Positions 28,568-38,633 of a stretch of 64,000 bases of DNA are shown here, one piece after another. The stretch comes from Nannocystis bainbridge (GTDB lineage: Bacteria; Myxococcota_A; Polyangia; Nannocystales; Nannocystaceae). Made by a program: the position numbers and the translations under genes. Position 1 is the first letter of the stretch, and each line of letters begins with the position of its first letter. The notes beneath the pieces were generated by a model, which was not told the origin of the DNA, ran no database searches, and saw nothing but the letters and a program-made list of their open reading frames with translations. The stretch lies in NCBI RefSeq assembly GCF_028368995.1, contig NZ_JAQNDL010000003.1:896001-960000 (forward strand), read 5' to 3'.

Positions 28568-29881
28568 TCAATGGGCGTGATCGGTGCTCGAGTAGCGCGG
28601 ATTGATCGCCAGCATCAATTCCGTCTGCTGCTCGGCCGCCGCGGCCTGGCCGAGCGCGGTGTGGGCCTTCGCCGCGACGTCGTGCAGCCGCGCCGTGCGG
28701 TACGGCGATCCGAGGGCCTGCTCGACGAGCGCCAGCGCCTCCGCGGCCTGCCCCGCGCCCAGATAGGCCTGTGCCAGCGCCACCTTCGCGTCGCCGCCCG
28801 GGCGGACCGCGTGGTTGGCGATGGCCAGCTCCAGCGCCCGCTCCTGCGGCCCGAACTGTTGATAGTGCTGCAGCGCGTGGCCCATCGCCGCCTCGGGGAA
28901 GCGCGCCAGCTGCTGCTCCCATCGCGCGGCCGAGCGCGCGATCCACTCGTCGGCCCGCTCGGCCGCGCCCGTGTGCCGGTAGAGGCCCGCGAGCGCGTCC
29001 ATGTGTTGCGGCAGATCGGCCGTGCGGACCAGGTCCTCGAAGATCGCGATCGCCTCGGCGTGCTGATCGCGGCGGTGGTGGATCTCCGCGATGTGTTCGC
29101 GCACCAGCCACCAGCCCGCGAGCTCCGCGTCGGCCGCGTGCAGGTGCTTCAGCGCCGACTGCAGCTCGCCGCGCTCCATCGCCACGATCCCGTGCTGCAG
29201 CTCGATCCACGCCCGCCGCCGCGCGTCTTTGGGGCCGGTCGCCTGCAGCGCCTGCTCGAGCAAGATCTCCGCCTCGCCCGGCTTGCCCGTCTTCGCGTGC
29301 AGGAGCGCGAGCTCGGCGGTCGCGACCATCGGCTCGGCCGCGGCGATCGCCGTCAGCTCGGCCATCGCGGTCTCGTACTGACCGCGCTGCGCGGCGATCT
29401 CCGCCCGCAACACGCGCGCGAGCGTCTGATCGTCGCGGCGCGGCACGGCGCGGCGATCGACGATGTCGAGGTACTTCTCGGCCTCGCCCAGGCGGTGGAT
29501 CGCAAAGTTGAAGCGGGCTGCCACCAGGACTGGGCCGCTGCCTGGCGGCGCGATCGCAAACGCCTCGTCGAGCACCGCCTGCACGCGCGCGAAGTCGTCG
29601 AGCTGATTCGTCAGACCCGCGCGCTCGAGCAGCGCCGAGCCGAGGTGCATGCGCGTCAGCCAGTCGCCCGGGCGCTTGTCGGCGCGCGCACGCAGCCCCT
29701 GGATGGTCTGGTCGAGCTCGGCGAGCAGCGACGCATAGTCGGCGCCTGCTGCCGCCGGCGCGACCGGTTTTGCCGCGACGACCGGAGGCGGCGTCGGCTG
29801 GCCGCGGAACACGACCTGCGAGACGAACGCCGACAGGCCGAACGCGACGACGGCCGCGACGAGAGTGGTCTTTCGGTCCAT
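28568..29881 (-). CDS. TPR protein of the DUF4331 operon type (alternative start 29932)
   Basis: N-terminal TM segment and repeated TPR-like helices. Lies downstream of the DUF4331 genes. Confidence 0.85.
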   Translation of the reverse strand: MDRKTTLVAAVVAFGLSAFVSQVVFRGQPTPPPVVAAKPVAPAAAGADYASLLAELDQTIQGLRARADKRPGDWLTRMHLGSALLERAGLTNQLDDFARVQAVLDEAFAIAPPGSGPVLVAARFNFAIHRLGEAEKYLDIVDRRAVPRRDDQTLARVLRAEIAAQRGQYETAMAELTAIAAAEPMVATAELALLHAKTGKPGEAEILLEQALQATGPKDARRRAWIELQHGIVAMERGELQSALKHLHAADAELAGWWLVREHIAEIHHRRDQHAEAIAIFEDLVRTADLPQHMDALAGLYRHTGAAERADEWIARSAARWEQQLARFPEAAMGHALQHYQQFGPQERALELAIANHAVRPGGDAKVALAQAYLGAGQAAEALALVEQALGSPYRTARLHDVAAKAHTALGQAAAAEQQTELMLAINPRYSSTDHAH

Positions 29882-29960
29882 GACGGTCGGCGCGAGGGCC
29901 TTGAAAAGATACAGCTCCCCGGAGCTCGTCACTCCGGGGAGCTGCGCGCGAATTCGTCGA

Positions 29961-30767
29961 TCAGGGCGCGTGCGGCGGCGCCAGGAACGGGAACTCGGTC
30001 AGGAACGGCACGTCGTTCGCGGGCGGGTTCAGCGGAAGGTCCGCGAAGAACGTCAGCGGCTGACCCGGGCCGAGCTTGAGCAGCACGGCGGCGAGGGTGA
30101 TGTCGACCACCGGGTCGGTCAGCTTGCGGCCGTTCGGGTACGAGGTCGGCATGCTCGGATCGTACTTGATCGTGTCGGGCACGATGACGGGCCCGGCCTG
30201 ATCCACGGTCTCGTCGAGGGTCGCGGGGACGAGCCCCAGGCCGATGATGTCGTCGTCGAACGCGTCGTGGAAGAACGTGATGCTCTCGACGATCTCCGGC
30301 AGCCACATGCCCGCGGCGTCGTCGGCCGGGTTGCTGGCGTTGTAGTCGTCGCGGATCGAGATGTCCGAGCCCATGTTGAAGCCCAGGCCCTGCGCCGCGG
30401 CGATGCCCGCCGTCCCGGCCTCGACTGCGCCGTGGCGATCGATCTGCACGTACGCGTCGAACGGGTCGGTCGGGAACACGAAGCCGTCGTCACCGCCGGT
30501 GTCGGTGGTGCTGCTGGTCGTGGGCGTGACCGTCGTCGCGTCCGTCGTGGTCGGCGTGACCGTCGTCGCCGTCGTCCCGTCGGTCGTCGTCGTCCCGTCG
30601 GTCGTCGCCGTCCCGTCGGTCGTCGCCGTCCCGTCGGTCGTCCCGGGCTCCGTGGTCGCCGCGGTCGAGTCCGTGTCGGTGGTGCGGCCGCCGTTGTCGC
30701 CGCACGCGACGAACGAGGCGAGCAGCGCCGCGCCGAGGATGCTGTGAATGGATGCGTACTTCGTCAT
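29961..30767 (-). CDS. Lipoprotein: Thr-rich stalk plus C-terminal half of DUF4331
   Basis: Lipobox FVAC, QIDRHG, PDTIKYD, YPNGRKLTDPVVDITL, FPFLAPPH. Confidence 0.85.
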   Translation of the reverse strand: MTKYASIHSILGAALLASFVACGDNGGRTTDTDSTAATTEPGTTDGTATTDGTATTDGTTTTDGTTATTVTPTTTDATTVTPTTSSTTDTGGDDGFVFPTDPFDAYVQIDRHGAVEAGTAGIAAAQGLGFNMGSDISIRDDYNASNPADDAAGMWLPEIVESITFFHDAFDDDIIGLGLVPATLDETVDQAGPVIVPDTIKYDPSMPTSYPNGRKLTDPVVDITLAAVLLKLGPGQPLTFFADLPLNPPANDVPFLTEFPFLAPPHAP

Positions 30768-30776
30768 GGCGACCTC

Positions 30777-31421
30777 CTACCCCTTCCTCGCGGAGGTGGC
30801 CCACACCTGGATGGGGTTGCCGCCGGTCAGCACGTCCGTGTCGATCTCGATCGCCGCGGCGGTGACGTTGAGGCCGGCCAGGAAATCGCGGTTGCTCATG
30901 AACGACACCGTCTGGGTGTCGAGCCCTTCCAGGTAACCCTGGGCGTCGAAGAAGAACGGATCGTCGGCGTGGCCCGCCCACACGCGGGCGAACGTGCCGG
31001 CGTCGAAGACCGTCTCCACCGGGCCCGCCACCGCCGGATCGGCGCCGGGGATGCCCGACCACTGGATGCCGATCTCGTCCTTGGCGTTGGTCCCGAAGCG
31101 CCAGTAGAGCTTCAGGTCGGACTCGTTGTCGCCATCGTTGTCGACGTGGATGGTGTAGAGGGCGTTGCCGTCATACACCCCCGACTTCGTCGGCTTGTCC
31201 AGGCTGTCGTTGAAGCCCGCCCAACAGACGATGATCGTGGTCTTGTTCGGTCCGCTCTCGAACACGTAGACATCGGTGATGTCCTGCGCGCCGTCGGCCT
31301 TGACGAGCGGTGCCTCGTCATGGTCCGACGCGCGGACGTCCGAGGTCCACCAGCTCCCCCCGCAGATCGCAGCCACGGCGACCACCGCCAACCCAGTTTT
31401 CGCTCTCAAGTTCTTGTACAT
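30777..31421 (-). CDS. Secreted N-terminal half of DUF4331
   Basis: SDHDEAP, DITDVYVF, DDPFFFD, DFLAGLNV, VWATS. Confidence 0.85.
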   Translation of the reverse strand: MYKNLRAKTGLAVVAVAAICGGSWWTSDVRASDHDEAPLVKADGAQDITDVYVFESGPNKTTIIVCWAGFNDSLDKPTKSGVYDGNALYTIHVDNDGDNESDLKLYWRFGTNAKDEIGIQWSGIPGADPAVAGPVETVFDAGTFARVWAGHADDPFFFDAQGYLEGLDTQTVSFMSNRDFLAGLNVTAAAIEIDTDVLTGGNPIQVWATSARKG

Positions 31422-31482
31422 CGCGCCTCCTCGTCCGGCCGGGCAACGAGCGCCGCGACCAGTCGTCGTGTCAATCCCATCC

Positions 31483-31508
31483 TACTCCACCGTGAGGCCG
31501 ATGGATCT
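31483..31508 (-). promoter_or_regulatory. Possible ECF (SigK-like) promoter for the DUF4331 operon
   Basis: Minus strand reads AGATCC-N16-AGTA about 60 bp upstream of the ATG. Consensus similarity only. Confidence 0.3.
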
Positions 31509-31842
31509 ACGGCCGAGCGAGCACAGGCGGAATTCTTGGGGCGGCGATGAAGTCGCGCCTATTGTCGCCAATCGTCCCCACAATCGTCTGCGTTCGCGTG
31601 CCCGCGACTTCCGCACGGCCGATAAGGGGCGATTGGTCGGTACGAACCAGGCGAGCCGACGGATCGGGCAGACGCAGCGATTTTTTCTCGCGCCGCGCAC
31701 CGGCCGAATACGAGCACTCACTCGCACACCTGTGAATCCTCGGTCGCGCCACCGCGCGGCCCGGCGGCCGGCGTGAAGCCTGTAACATCGGCCGCGCAGT
31801 TACGATATCCTCCCCGACCGAACCCTGCGAAGGATGCTTCTG

Positions 31843-32610
31843 ATGCGTAAAGCAGCTTGGATTTTCACCGCTCCGCTGTTGATTCTCGGCCTCGCCGCCT
31901 GCGGCGACAGCGGGAACTCGACCACCGAGTCGACCACCGACAACGCGACGCAAGCCACCACCACCGGCACCGACACCGACGAGACGACGACGACGGGCAC
32001 GGCGACCGAGACGACGGCCGCCACTGACACGACGACGACCTCGCCGACGACCACGACCTCGCCGACGACCACGTCGACGACCGACGACTCGACCACCACG
32101 TCCGACACGACGACCACCGGCGACGAGGTCACCTGCGAGGCCTATTGCGGGATCTACCTCGATGCCTGCACCGACTTCGCCGAGTACGACAACATGCAGG
32201 CGTGCCTCGACCAGTGCGGCCAGTGGCCGGTCGGCAGCTCCGCCGACACCGCCGGTGACACGCTCGGCTGCCGCCTCTACCACGTGACCGTCGCCAGCAC
32301 GGTCGACGCCAACGAGCACTGCCCGCACGCCAGCCCCAACGGCTCCGGCGTGTGTGTCGACGCCGCGGCCCCGGCCTGCGCCGATTACTGCACCACGTAC
32401 TTCGCCAACTGCGAGAACGACCTCAACCTCTACAACGACGAGGCCGACTGCCTCGACCAGTGCGGCCACTGGTACCCCGGCACCGAGGCCGACGTCGACG
32501 GCGACTCCGTCGGCTGCCGCCTCTACCACGCCGGCGTCGCGCAGACCGACGACGTGACCCACTGCCCGCACGCGGGCCCGGGCGGCGCCGGTGTGTGCGT
32601 GATCCAGTGA
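31843..32610 (+). CDS. Lipoprotein: Thr-rich stalk plus two tandem Cys/His-rich domains
   Basis: Lipobox LAAC and two copies of C..YC......C...Y.....CLDQC..W..G...GD..GCRLYH...HCPHA...G.C. Confidence 0.85.
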   Translation: MRKAAWIFTAPLLILGLAACGDSGNSTTESTTDNATQATTTGTDTDETTTTGTATETTAATDTTTTSPTTTTSPTTTSTTDDSTTTSDTTTTGDEVTCEAYCGIYLDACTDFAEYDNMQACLDQCGQWPVGSSADTAGDTLGCRLYHVTVASTVDANEHCPHASPNGSGVCVDAAAPACADYCTTYFANCENDLNLYNDEADCLDQCGHWYPGTEADVDGDSVGCRLYHAGVAQTDDVTHCPHAGPGGAGVCVIQ

Positions 32611-32755
32611 TCGGCGGCCGCGCGGGCCACCCGCGCGGCGCTGACGAATGACCACAGAGCGCGACGGCCTGGCCGTCGCGCTCTTTCGTCATTGTGAAGA
32701 CTTCAGACCCCGATGCTTCGCCGGCCAATCACGGCACGGCGCGCCGCGCCCTGGC

Positions 32756-33037
32756 TCAGCCCTCGCGCGGGATGAAGGCCGTGTCGGCCATGTCGCCCTC
32801 TTCGAAGCCGAAGAAGATCCGCATCTGCTTCTCGAGGAAGTCGCGGCCCTCCTTCGACTGCAGGTCGAGGCGGTACGTGTTGATGAACTTGGGCGACTCG
32901 CGGATCCACATCTGCCACGCCTGGAGGCTGATGCTGTCGTAGAGCAGCTGGCCGAACTCGTTGGGGAACGGCTTGAAAGGCAGGGCCGGCAGGTCCTGCT
33001 TGAGCTTCTTGCAGTGGACGGTGCGGGGCGTGTTCAT
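32756..33037 (-). CDS. yggX: Fe(II)-trafficking / oxidative damage protection protein
   Basis: RTVHCKKL...P.P.E.G..LY..IS..AW..W......IN..RL...R.FL..QM..FF. ATGA overlap with the glycyl-tRNA synthetase stop. Confidence 0.9.
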   Translation of the reverse strand: MNTPRTVHCKKLKQDLPALPFKPFPNEFGQLLYDSISLQAWQMWIRESPKFINTYRLDLQSKEGRDFLEKQMRIFFGFEEGDMADTAFIPREG

Positions 33038-34617
33038 GGCGTCTCCGTCAGTGCCTTGCGGACGGTGTCGACCGCATCGGCGATCTTGATGCGCTCCTGG
33101 CGGCGGTCGTCGCGGTAGCGGATCGTGACCGTGTCGTCTTGCAGCGTCTGGGTGTCGACGGTCAGGCAGTAGGGCGTGCCGACCTCGTCGTGGCGGGCGT
33201 AGCGGCGGCCGATCGCGTGCTGCTCGTCGTACTTGGCGTTGACGCCGGCGGTGAAGAACGCGTCGACGACCTTGCGCGCGACCTCGGGCATGCCGTCCTT
33301 CTTGACCAGCGGCAGCACCCCGACCTTGATCGGCGACAGGCGCGGGTGCAGGCGCAGCACCGTGCGCGCGCCCTTGCCCTCGGCGTCGGCGGGCTCCTCG
33401 TCGTAGGCGTCGCACAGCGCGGCCAGGACCCCGCGCGTGGCCCCTGCGGCCGGCTCGACCACGTGCGGCACGTAGTGGCGGCCGGGCTTGCCGGTCGCGG
33501 GGTCGACGGCCTCGGGGTCGAAGTAGGTCAGCTTCTTGCCCGAGCCGGCGGAGTGGGCCTTGAGGTCGAAGTCGGTGCGGCTGGCGATGCCCTCGAGCTC
33601 GTCCCAGCCCCACGGGAACTTGTACTCGACGTCGTAGCAACCATCCGAGTAGTGGGCGAGCTCGTCGTCGTCGTGCTTGCGGAAGCGGAGGCTGTCCTCC
33701 TTGATGCCGATCGACTTCCACCACTTCATGCGCTCGCCCATCCAGTACTCGAGGTACTTCGGGCCCTCGCCCGGCGGCACGAAGAACTCGCACTCCATCT
33801 GCTCGAACTCGCAGGAGCGGAAGATGAAGTGCTCGGCGGTGACCTCGTTGCGGAAGCTCTTGCCCATCTGGGCGATGCCGAACGGGACCTTGAGCGACAG
33901 GCTCTGCTGCACGTTCATGAACTGCACGAACATCGCCTGGGCCGTCTCGGGCCGCAGGTACACCGACGACGCCGCCAGCGCGCCCTCGACTCTGGCCCGC
34001 AGCGCCTTGTCGTCGGCGCCCTCGGCCATGGCCTTGCGGACGATGTCGACCACGTCGCCGATCGGGTCGACCGGGCCGAGGCTGGTGCGGAACATCAGGT
34101 TGAAGCGGCGCTCGTCGCTCATGAACGGCGAGCCGCAGTTGGGGCACACGTAGCCGGCCGCGCCCGCCTTGGCGCCCGTCAGCGTGGCGCCCTCGCGGTG
34201 CAGCTTGACGCCGGCCTCGGTCAGCTTGTCCTGGGCCGCCTTGGCCCGGCTCTTGTCGAGGGTGATCGGCGCGTCCTCGCCCTCGGCCTTGCGCGGGGCC
34301 TTGTCGGCCCGGAAGCGCTCGCCGCAGACCTTGCAGTCGACCAGCGGGTCCGAGAAGTTGGCGAGGTGGCCGCTCGACTGCCACACCTCCGGCCGCATGA
34401 TGATCGACGCGTCGATGCCGACCACGTCCTCGCGGCTGTGGACCATGAAGCGCCACCACTCGCTCATCAGGTTGCGCTTCAGCTCCGCGCCCATCGGACC
34501 GTAGTCGTAGGCGGAGCGCAGGCCGCCGTAGATCTCGGAGCTCTGGAACACGAAGCCCCGTCGCTTGCAGAGCGACACGATCTTGTCCATCAGGTCCGGC
34601 TTTTGGCTGTCTTCCAT
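33034..34617 (-). CDS. glyQS: Glycine--tRNA ligase (alpha2, eukaryote/archaea-type)
   Basis: CKRRGFVFQSSEIYGG, YLRPETAQ, GKSFRNE, EFEQME, ELEGIASRTDFDL, VVEPAAG, IGRRYARHDEVGTP. Confidence 0.97.
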   Translation of the reverse strand: MEDSQKPDLMDKIVSLCKRRGFVFQSSEIYGGLRSAYDYGPMGAELKRNLMSEWWRFMVHSREDVVGIDASIIMRPEVWQSSGHLANFSDPLVDCKVCGERFRADKAPRKAEGEDAPITLDKSRAKAAQDKLTEAGVKLHREGATLTGAKAGAAGYVCPNCGSPFMSDERRFNLMFRTSLGPVDPIGDVVDIVRKAMAEGADDKALRARVEGALAASSVYLRPETAQAMFVQFMNVQQSLSLKVPFGIAQMGKSFRNEVTAEHFIFRSCEFEQMECEFFVPPGEGPKYLEYWMGERMKWWKSIGIKEDSLRFRKHDDDELAHYSDGCYDVEYKFPWGWDELEGIASRTDFDLKAHSAGSGKKLTYFDPEAVDPATGKPGRHYVPHVVEPAAGATRGVLAALCDAYDEEPADAEGKGARTVLRLHPRLSPIKVGVLPLVKKDGMPEVARKVVDAFFTAGVNAKYDEQHAIGRRYARHDEVGTPYCLTVDTQTLQDDTVTIRYRDDRRQERIKIADAVDTVRKALTETP

Positions 34618-34655
34618 GGCGGCCGCGAGGTGTAGCACAGGGCTCCGGCCAGGCG

Positions 34656-36521
34656 CTACGGCCCGCCCGGGACCTCGCCGGGGCTGTCCGCGGCGGCGGC
34701 GGCCTGGCGGGCGACCAGCCTTGCGTAGACGCCGCCCCGCGCCAGCAGCTCGGCGTGGCGCCCGGTCTCGGCGATCCGGCCGTGGTCGAGGACGACGATC
34801 CGGTCGGCGTCGCGGATCGTGCTGAGGCGGTGGGCGATGACGAGGGTGGTGCGCCCGCGCTGCAGCACCTCGAGCGCGCCCTGGACCAGGTGCTCGCTCT
34901 CGGCGTCGAGCGCCGAGGTGGCCTCGTCGAGGATCAGCACCTTGGGGTCGCGCAGCAGCGCGCGCGCGATCGAGACCCGCTGCCGCTGCCCGCCCGACAA
35001 CTTGACCCCGCGCTCGCCGACCAGCGTGTCGTAGCCGAGAGGGAACTCGCGGATGAACCGGTCGGCGTTGGCCGCCCGCGCCGCGGCCTCGATCTCCGCG
35101 TCGCTGGCCTCGAGCCGGCCGTAGCGGATGTTGTCGCGGATCGTGCCGCTGAACAGCACCGGGTCCTGCGAGACCATCGCCATCGCCCCGCGCAGGTCGG
35201 CCAGCCGCAGCGCCCGCAGGTCGTGGCCGTCGAGCAGGATCGCCCCGGTCGACGGGTCCCAGAAGCGCAGCACCAGCCGCCCCAGCGTCGTCTTGCCCGA
35301 GCCCGACGAGCCGACCAGGGCGCAGACTTCACCTGGCCGAATGTGCAGGTCGATGTCGCGGACGACGGCGACGTCGCGGTCGCCGTAGGTGAAGGAGACG
35401 CCGACGAAGCGGATCTCGCCGGCCAGCGCGGGCTCGGCGACCGGGGCCGGCGGATCGGCGATCTCGGGCGTGGTGTCGAGGATCTCGAAGATCCGGGCGG
35501 TCGCGCCGAAGGTCGACTGCAACCCGCCGAGCAGCTCGGCGAGCGCCCCGACCGAGCCGGCCACCATCAGCGTGTAGAAGATGAAGCTGGTCAGCTCGGC
35601 GGCCGTGATCTCGCCCTCGATGACCATCGAGCCGCCGAGCCAGAACAGCCCGGCGATCGCGGCGAAGGCGAAGAAGCTGATCACCGCCGAGAACCAGCTG
35701 CGAGCGATCGCCCGCTTGATGAAAAGGCCGAAGGTCGTCTCGATCGCGCCGCCGTAGCGCCGGACCTCGAAGTCCTCGCGCGTGAACGCCTGGACCGTCT
35801 CGATCGCCGCGAGCCCCTCCTGCAGCGCCCCGCTGGCGGTCGCCAGCTCGTCCTGGGCCTTGCGGCTGAGCTCGCGGATGATGCGGCTCCAATAGTTGGC
35901 CGCGATCATCAACGCCGGCACCACCGCCAGCATCGCCGCGGTCAGCTTCCAGTTCATCCAGAACAGCACCGCGATCCCGCCGACCAGGGTCAGCACGTTG
36001 CGCAGGAAGATGCTGAGGTCCTGGCCGACGGTGCTCTGCAGGCGCGTGACGTCGTCGGAGAGGCGCGACAACAGCTCGCCGCTGCGCGTGCGGTGGAAGT
36101 AGCTCTGCGGCATGATCGCCAGGTGGCGATACAGCCCGACCCGCAGGTCCGCGACGACCCGCTCGCCGAGCCAGGTCATCCAGTAATGGCGGAAGAACAC
36201 GAACACCGCCTGCGCCAGGAACACCGCCAGCAGCAGCACGGTGTTGTCGCCGAGCTCGGCGTACGCGGCCTCGCTGTCGGCCGCGGCCGCGTTGGTGAAC
36301 GCCGCCTCGGCCAGCGCCCCGAAGTAGTACGGGTACACGAGCCCGAGGCCCGACGCGATCACGAGGCACACCAGCGCGGCGATCAGCCGGCCGGTGTACG
36401 GGCGCGTGTACGAGAACACCCGTCGCAGGCGCTCGACGGGCTTGATCTGTCGTTCGGGTGCGAGCTCGCCCGCGGCCGCGGACGGCTGGAGCTCGGGCGC
36501 GGGGCGCGTCGGCTGGGCCAT
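34656..36521 (-). CDS. ABC exporter, fused TMD-NBD (MsbA/ABCB10-like)
   Basis: GSSGSGKT, LSGGQRQR, LILDEATSALD, IAHRLST and six TM helices. Confidence 0.95.
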   Translation of the reverse strand: MAQPTRPAPELQPSAAAGELAPERQIKPVERLRRVFSYTRPYTGRLIAALVCLVIASGLGLVYPYYFGALAEAAFTNAAAADSEAAYAELGDNTVLLLAVFLAQAVFVFFRHYWMTWLGERVVADLRVGLYRHLAIMPQSYFHRTRSGELLSRLSDDVTRLQSTVGQDLSIFLRNVLTLVGGIAVLFWMNWKLTAAMLAVVPALMIAANYWSRIIRELSRKAQDELATASGALQEGLAAIETVQAFTREDFEVRRYGGAIETTFGLFIKRAIARSWFSAVISFFAFAAIAGLFWLGGSMVIEGEITAAELTSFIFYTLMVAGSVGALAELLGGLQSTFGATARIFEILDTTPEIADPPAPVAEPALAGEIRFVGVSFTYGDRDVAVVRDIDLHIRPGEVCALVGSSGSGKTTLGRLVLRFWDPSTGAILLDGHDLRALRLADLRGAMAMVSQDPVLFSGTIRDNIRYGRLEASDAEIEAAARAANADRFIREFPLGYDTLVGERGVKLSGGQRQRVSIARALLRDPKVLILDEATSALDAESEHLVQGALEVLQRGRTTLVIAHRLSTIRDADRIVVLDHGRIAETGRHAELLARGGVYARLVARQAAAAADSPGEVPGGP

Positions 36522-36589
36522 GGGCGGCCGGAGCCTAACACGTCACGGCCACGCGCCTGACGGGACTCGTGCCCGCGCGGGGCCGCCCG

Positions 36590-37585
36590 TCACTGGCGCA
36601 GGCGCAGCTTGCCGGTGAGGCCGCTCAGCGTGATCTGCAGGCCGCCCATGGTCTCCTGCTGGAAGACGGTGTGGCCGTCGTCGTCGAAGTCGACGGTGAC
36701 CTGCCCCGTCGCGTTGTCGACGGTCACCGTGCCCGCCGGGAACGAGCCCGGCACGTCCATGAGCGGCGACTCGCCCGGCATCGCGATCCCCTCGTTCGAC
36801 GACTCCTGCACGTCCAGGATCGCGTTGACGACGATGTTGTGGATCGCGGACATCAGGCCCGTGATCGTGCCGCTGTCGTGGTCGGGGACGGTGAACGGGA
36901 AGGTGACCGCGAACGGCTCCGGACCGGTGATCACCAGGCTCTTGATGACCAGCTTGACGTTGACGATGAGCGGGATGTCGCACTCGAGCTGCGGCGTGTC
37001 GGCCATGTTGACCGACGCGGCGAAGACCCGGCCGGTGCCCACGTCGTCGAGCGTGACCTCGATCTGCCCACCGGTGGCCACCAGCGTGACCGGGAACTGG
37101 CACATGGCGATGAACTGCGACGCGGTCGCCTGGCTCTGCAGCGCGTTGAACTCGGGCGGCGCGCCGTCGGCGATGGTGAACTTCAGCGGCTCGTCACACA
37201 CGTTGCCGACGCTGTTGCCGTCGAAATCGAGCTGGTTCGGGTTGGCGTCGCAGCGGCAGTTGTCGTCCTTGTTGGCGATCGCATCGCCGTCCTCGTCGGC
37301 GTCGTCGGCCGGGGCCGCGCAGTCGCCCGGCATCACCCCCGTGGTCGTGCTCGTCGTCGGGTCGGTCGTCGTCGGATCGGTCGACGTCGTCGTCGTCGTC
37401 TCGTCGATGGTGGTCGTCGTGGTCGGGTCGTCCGTCGTCGTCGTCGTCGTCGTCGGATCGGTCGACGTCGGCGTCTCCGTCGTGCTCGTCGAAGTTTCGG
37501 TCGCCGAGGTGTTGCCGTCGTCGCCGCAGGCGGCCCCGACGAGGATCAACGAGGAAAGCAAGGAGGTATGCAGACGGGAGAGCAT
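36590..37585 (-). CDS. Lipoprotein: Thr-rich stalk, thrombospondin type-3 (Ca-binding) repeat, unknown beta domain
   Basis: Lipobox GAAC and DEDGDAIANKDDNC..DANPNQLDFDGNSVGNVCD. Confidence 0.85.
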   Translation of the reverse strand: MLSRLHTSLLSSLILVGAACGDDGNTSATETSTSTTETPTSTDPTTTTTTTDDPTTTTTIDETTTTTSTDPTTTDPTTSTTTGVMPGDCAAPADDADEDGDAIANKDDNCRCDANPNQLDFDGNSVGNVCDEPLKFTIADGAPPEFNALQSQATASQFIAMCQFPVTLVATGGQIEVTLDDVGTGRVFAASVNMADTPQLECDIPLIVNVKLVIKSLVITGPEPFAVTFPFTVPDHDSGTITGLMSAIHNIVVNAILDVQESSNEGIAMPGESPLMDVPGSFPAGTVTVDNATGQVTVDFDDDGHTVFQQETMGGLQITLSGLTGKLRLRQ

Positions 37586-38195
37586 TCCTGCCTTTTATCA
37601 CAAGCCCGCCGCGCGCGAAATTTCTCCAGGCCCGCCCCGGCCCCGCCAAAAGCTGCACCAGCCGGCCCTGGCGAGGTCTCCCGCGGGCTCTCGGCGGGGG
37701 GCCGGCGGGCTCCACGAGCAAACTGCCGCGCCGCGTCGGGCATCGGCGCACGATCGGCGGGGGTTCCTCGGGTGCGTCCGCCGGTCGACCTTCGCGGGCT
37801 CGGGCCGACCACTTGCCCCTCCACCGTCGCCGCGGCCGTCAAGGGTTGCGCCGATCTCCCTGAGCGCGGCCCGCCGACATCGGCGTGGCGACCACGCCGC
37901 CGCGCCGATCGATGGCCCCTCGTAGCGCGGTTCGACGAGCCCGGCGCGCGCACCTGCGTGGCGGGTGACGCGGTGGAGGTTTCATTCGCCGCGTGCGGCC
38001 GCATACTTTCATGGCATCGCGCGCAGGCCGGGCCGAAGCGCTCGCGGCGCGGGTAACGGTCCTGGTGAAGATCGAAGCTTTGTGGTTCTCGGGCCCACTG
38101 GCCATGGCCGATGCGGTCGCCAGCAACTCGAGTAGCCACTTCTCCTGCCGCTCTTCACAACACATGTAATTTCGAAACGTTGACGGTCGCGAAAC

Positions 38196-38212
38196 CTGGC
38201 ACATGCTTCGCT
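38196..38212 (+). promoter_or_regulatory. Sigma54 (-24/-12) promoter
   Basis: CTGGCACATGCTTCGCT: GG at 38198-99, exactly 10 nt, then GC at 38210-11, in an AT-rich context. Confidence 0.75.
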
Positions 38213-38237
38213 AGTCGAAGAGACAAGGAGCCCTAAC

Positions 38238-38381
38238 ATGGACGCACTCGCTTTTATCGCCCTCTTCGGCCTCATCCTCCCCGCGGTCGCGGCCGCGACC
38301 AGCGAGGTCCGCGACCGGATCGAGAGCAACCGGCTCCACCGCGAGGTGCTGCGCACCTTCGCGGTCGCGAAGACCGATTGA
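38238..38381 (+). CDS. 47-aa small membrane/secreted protein (not in the ORF track)
   Basis: RBS AAGGAG 7 nt before the ATG. MDALAFIALFGLILPAVAAATSEVRDRIESNRLHREVLRTFAVAKTD*, followed by a T-run. Confidence 0.7.
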   Translation: MDALAFIALFGLILPAVAAATSEVRDRIESNRLHREVLRTFAVAKTD

Positions 38382-38633
38382 GACCGAAGCTTTTTTTCAC
38401 CCCGCACGCGTGACGTTCGTCCCCCCCTGAGCGTCCCGTGCACAACCCGACGCCCGCGCGCCTCACGGCTCGCGGGCGTCGCCCTTTAATCCGTCCCGAT
38501 GTGTCATCGTGCCACCCGCCGCGCATCGTGACACGCCTCGCGCTCGGCCCGGGCGATGATTGTCAGGTCGCCGCAATCCTGTGCACCGATTCGGAATCCC
38601 CTCGCACGACGCGCGAGGGTTCGCCGCGGTGGC

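Noticed and set aside
30510-30645. 18-bp tandem DNA repeats (GTCGTCGCCGTCCCGTCG) and similar ACC/ACG runs
   Set aside because: They are explained by the encoded TTDGTA repeats of Thr-rich stalks. The same applies to the PPTP repeats at about 21530-21650.
32756-34459. 567-aa ORF ending in YggX (apparent fusion or frameshift with GlyRS)
   Set aside because: The upstream part is Arg-rich off-frame shadow sequence. yggX has its own ATG at 33037 overlapping the GlyRS stop.
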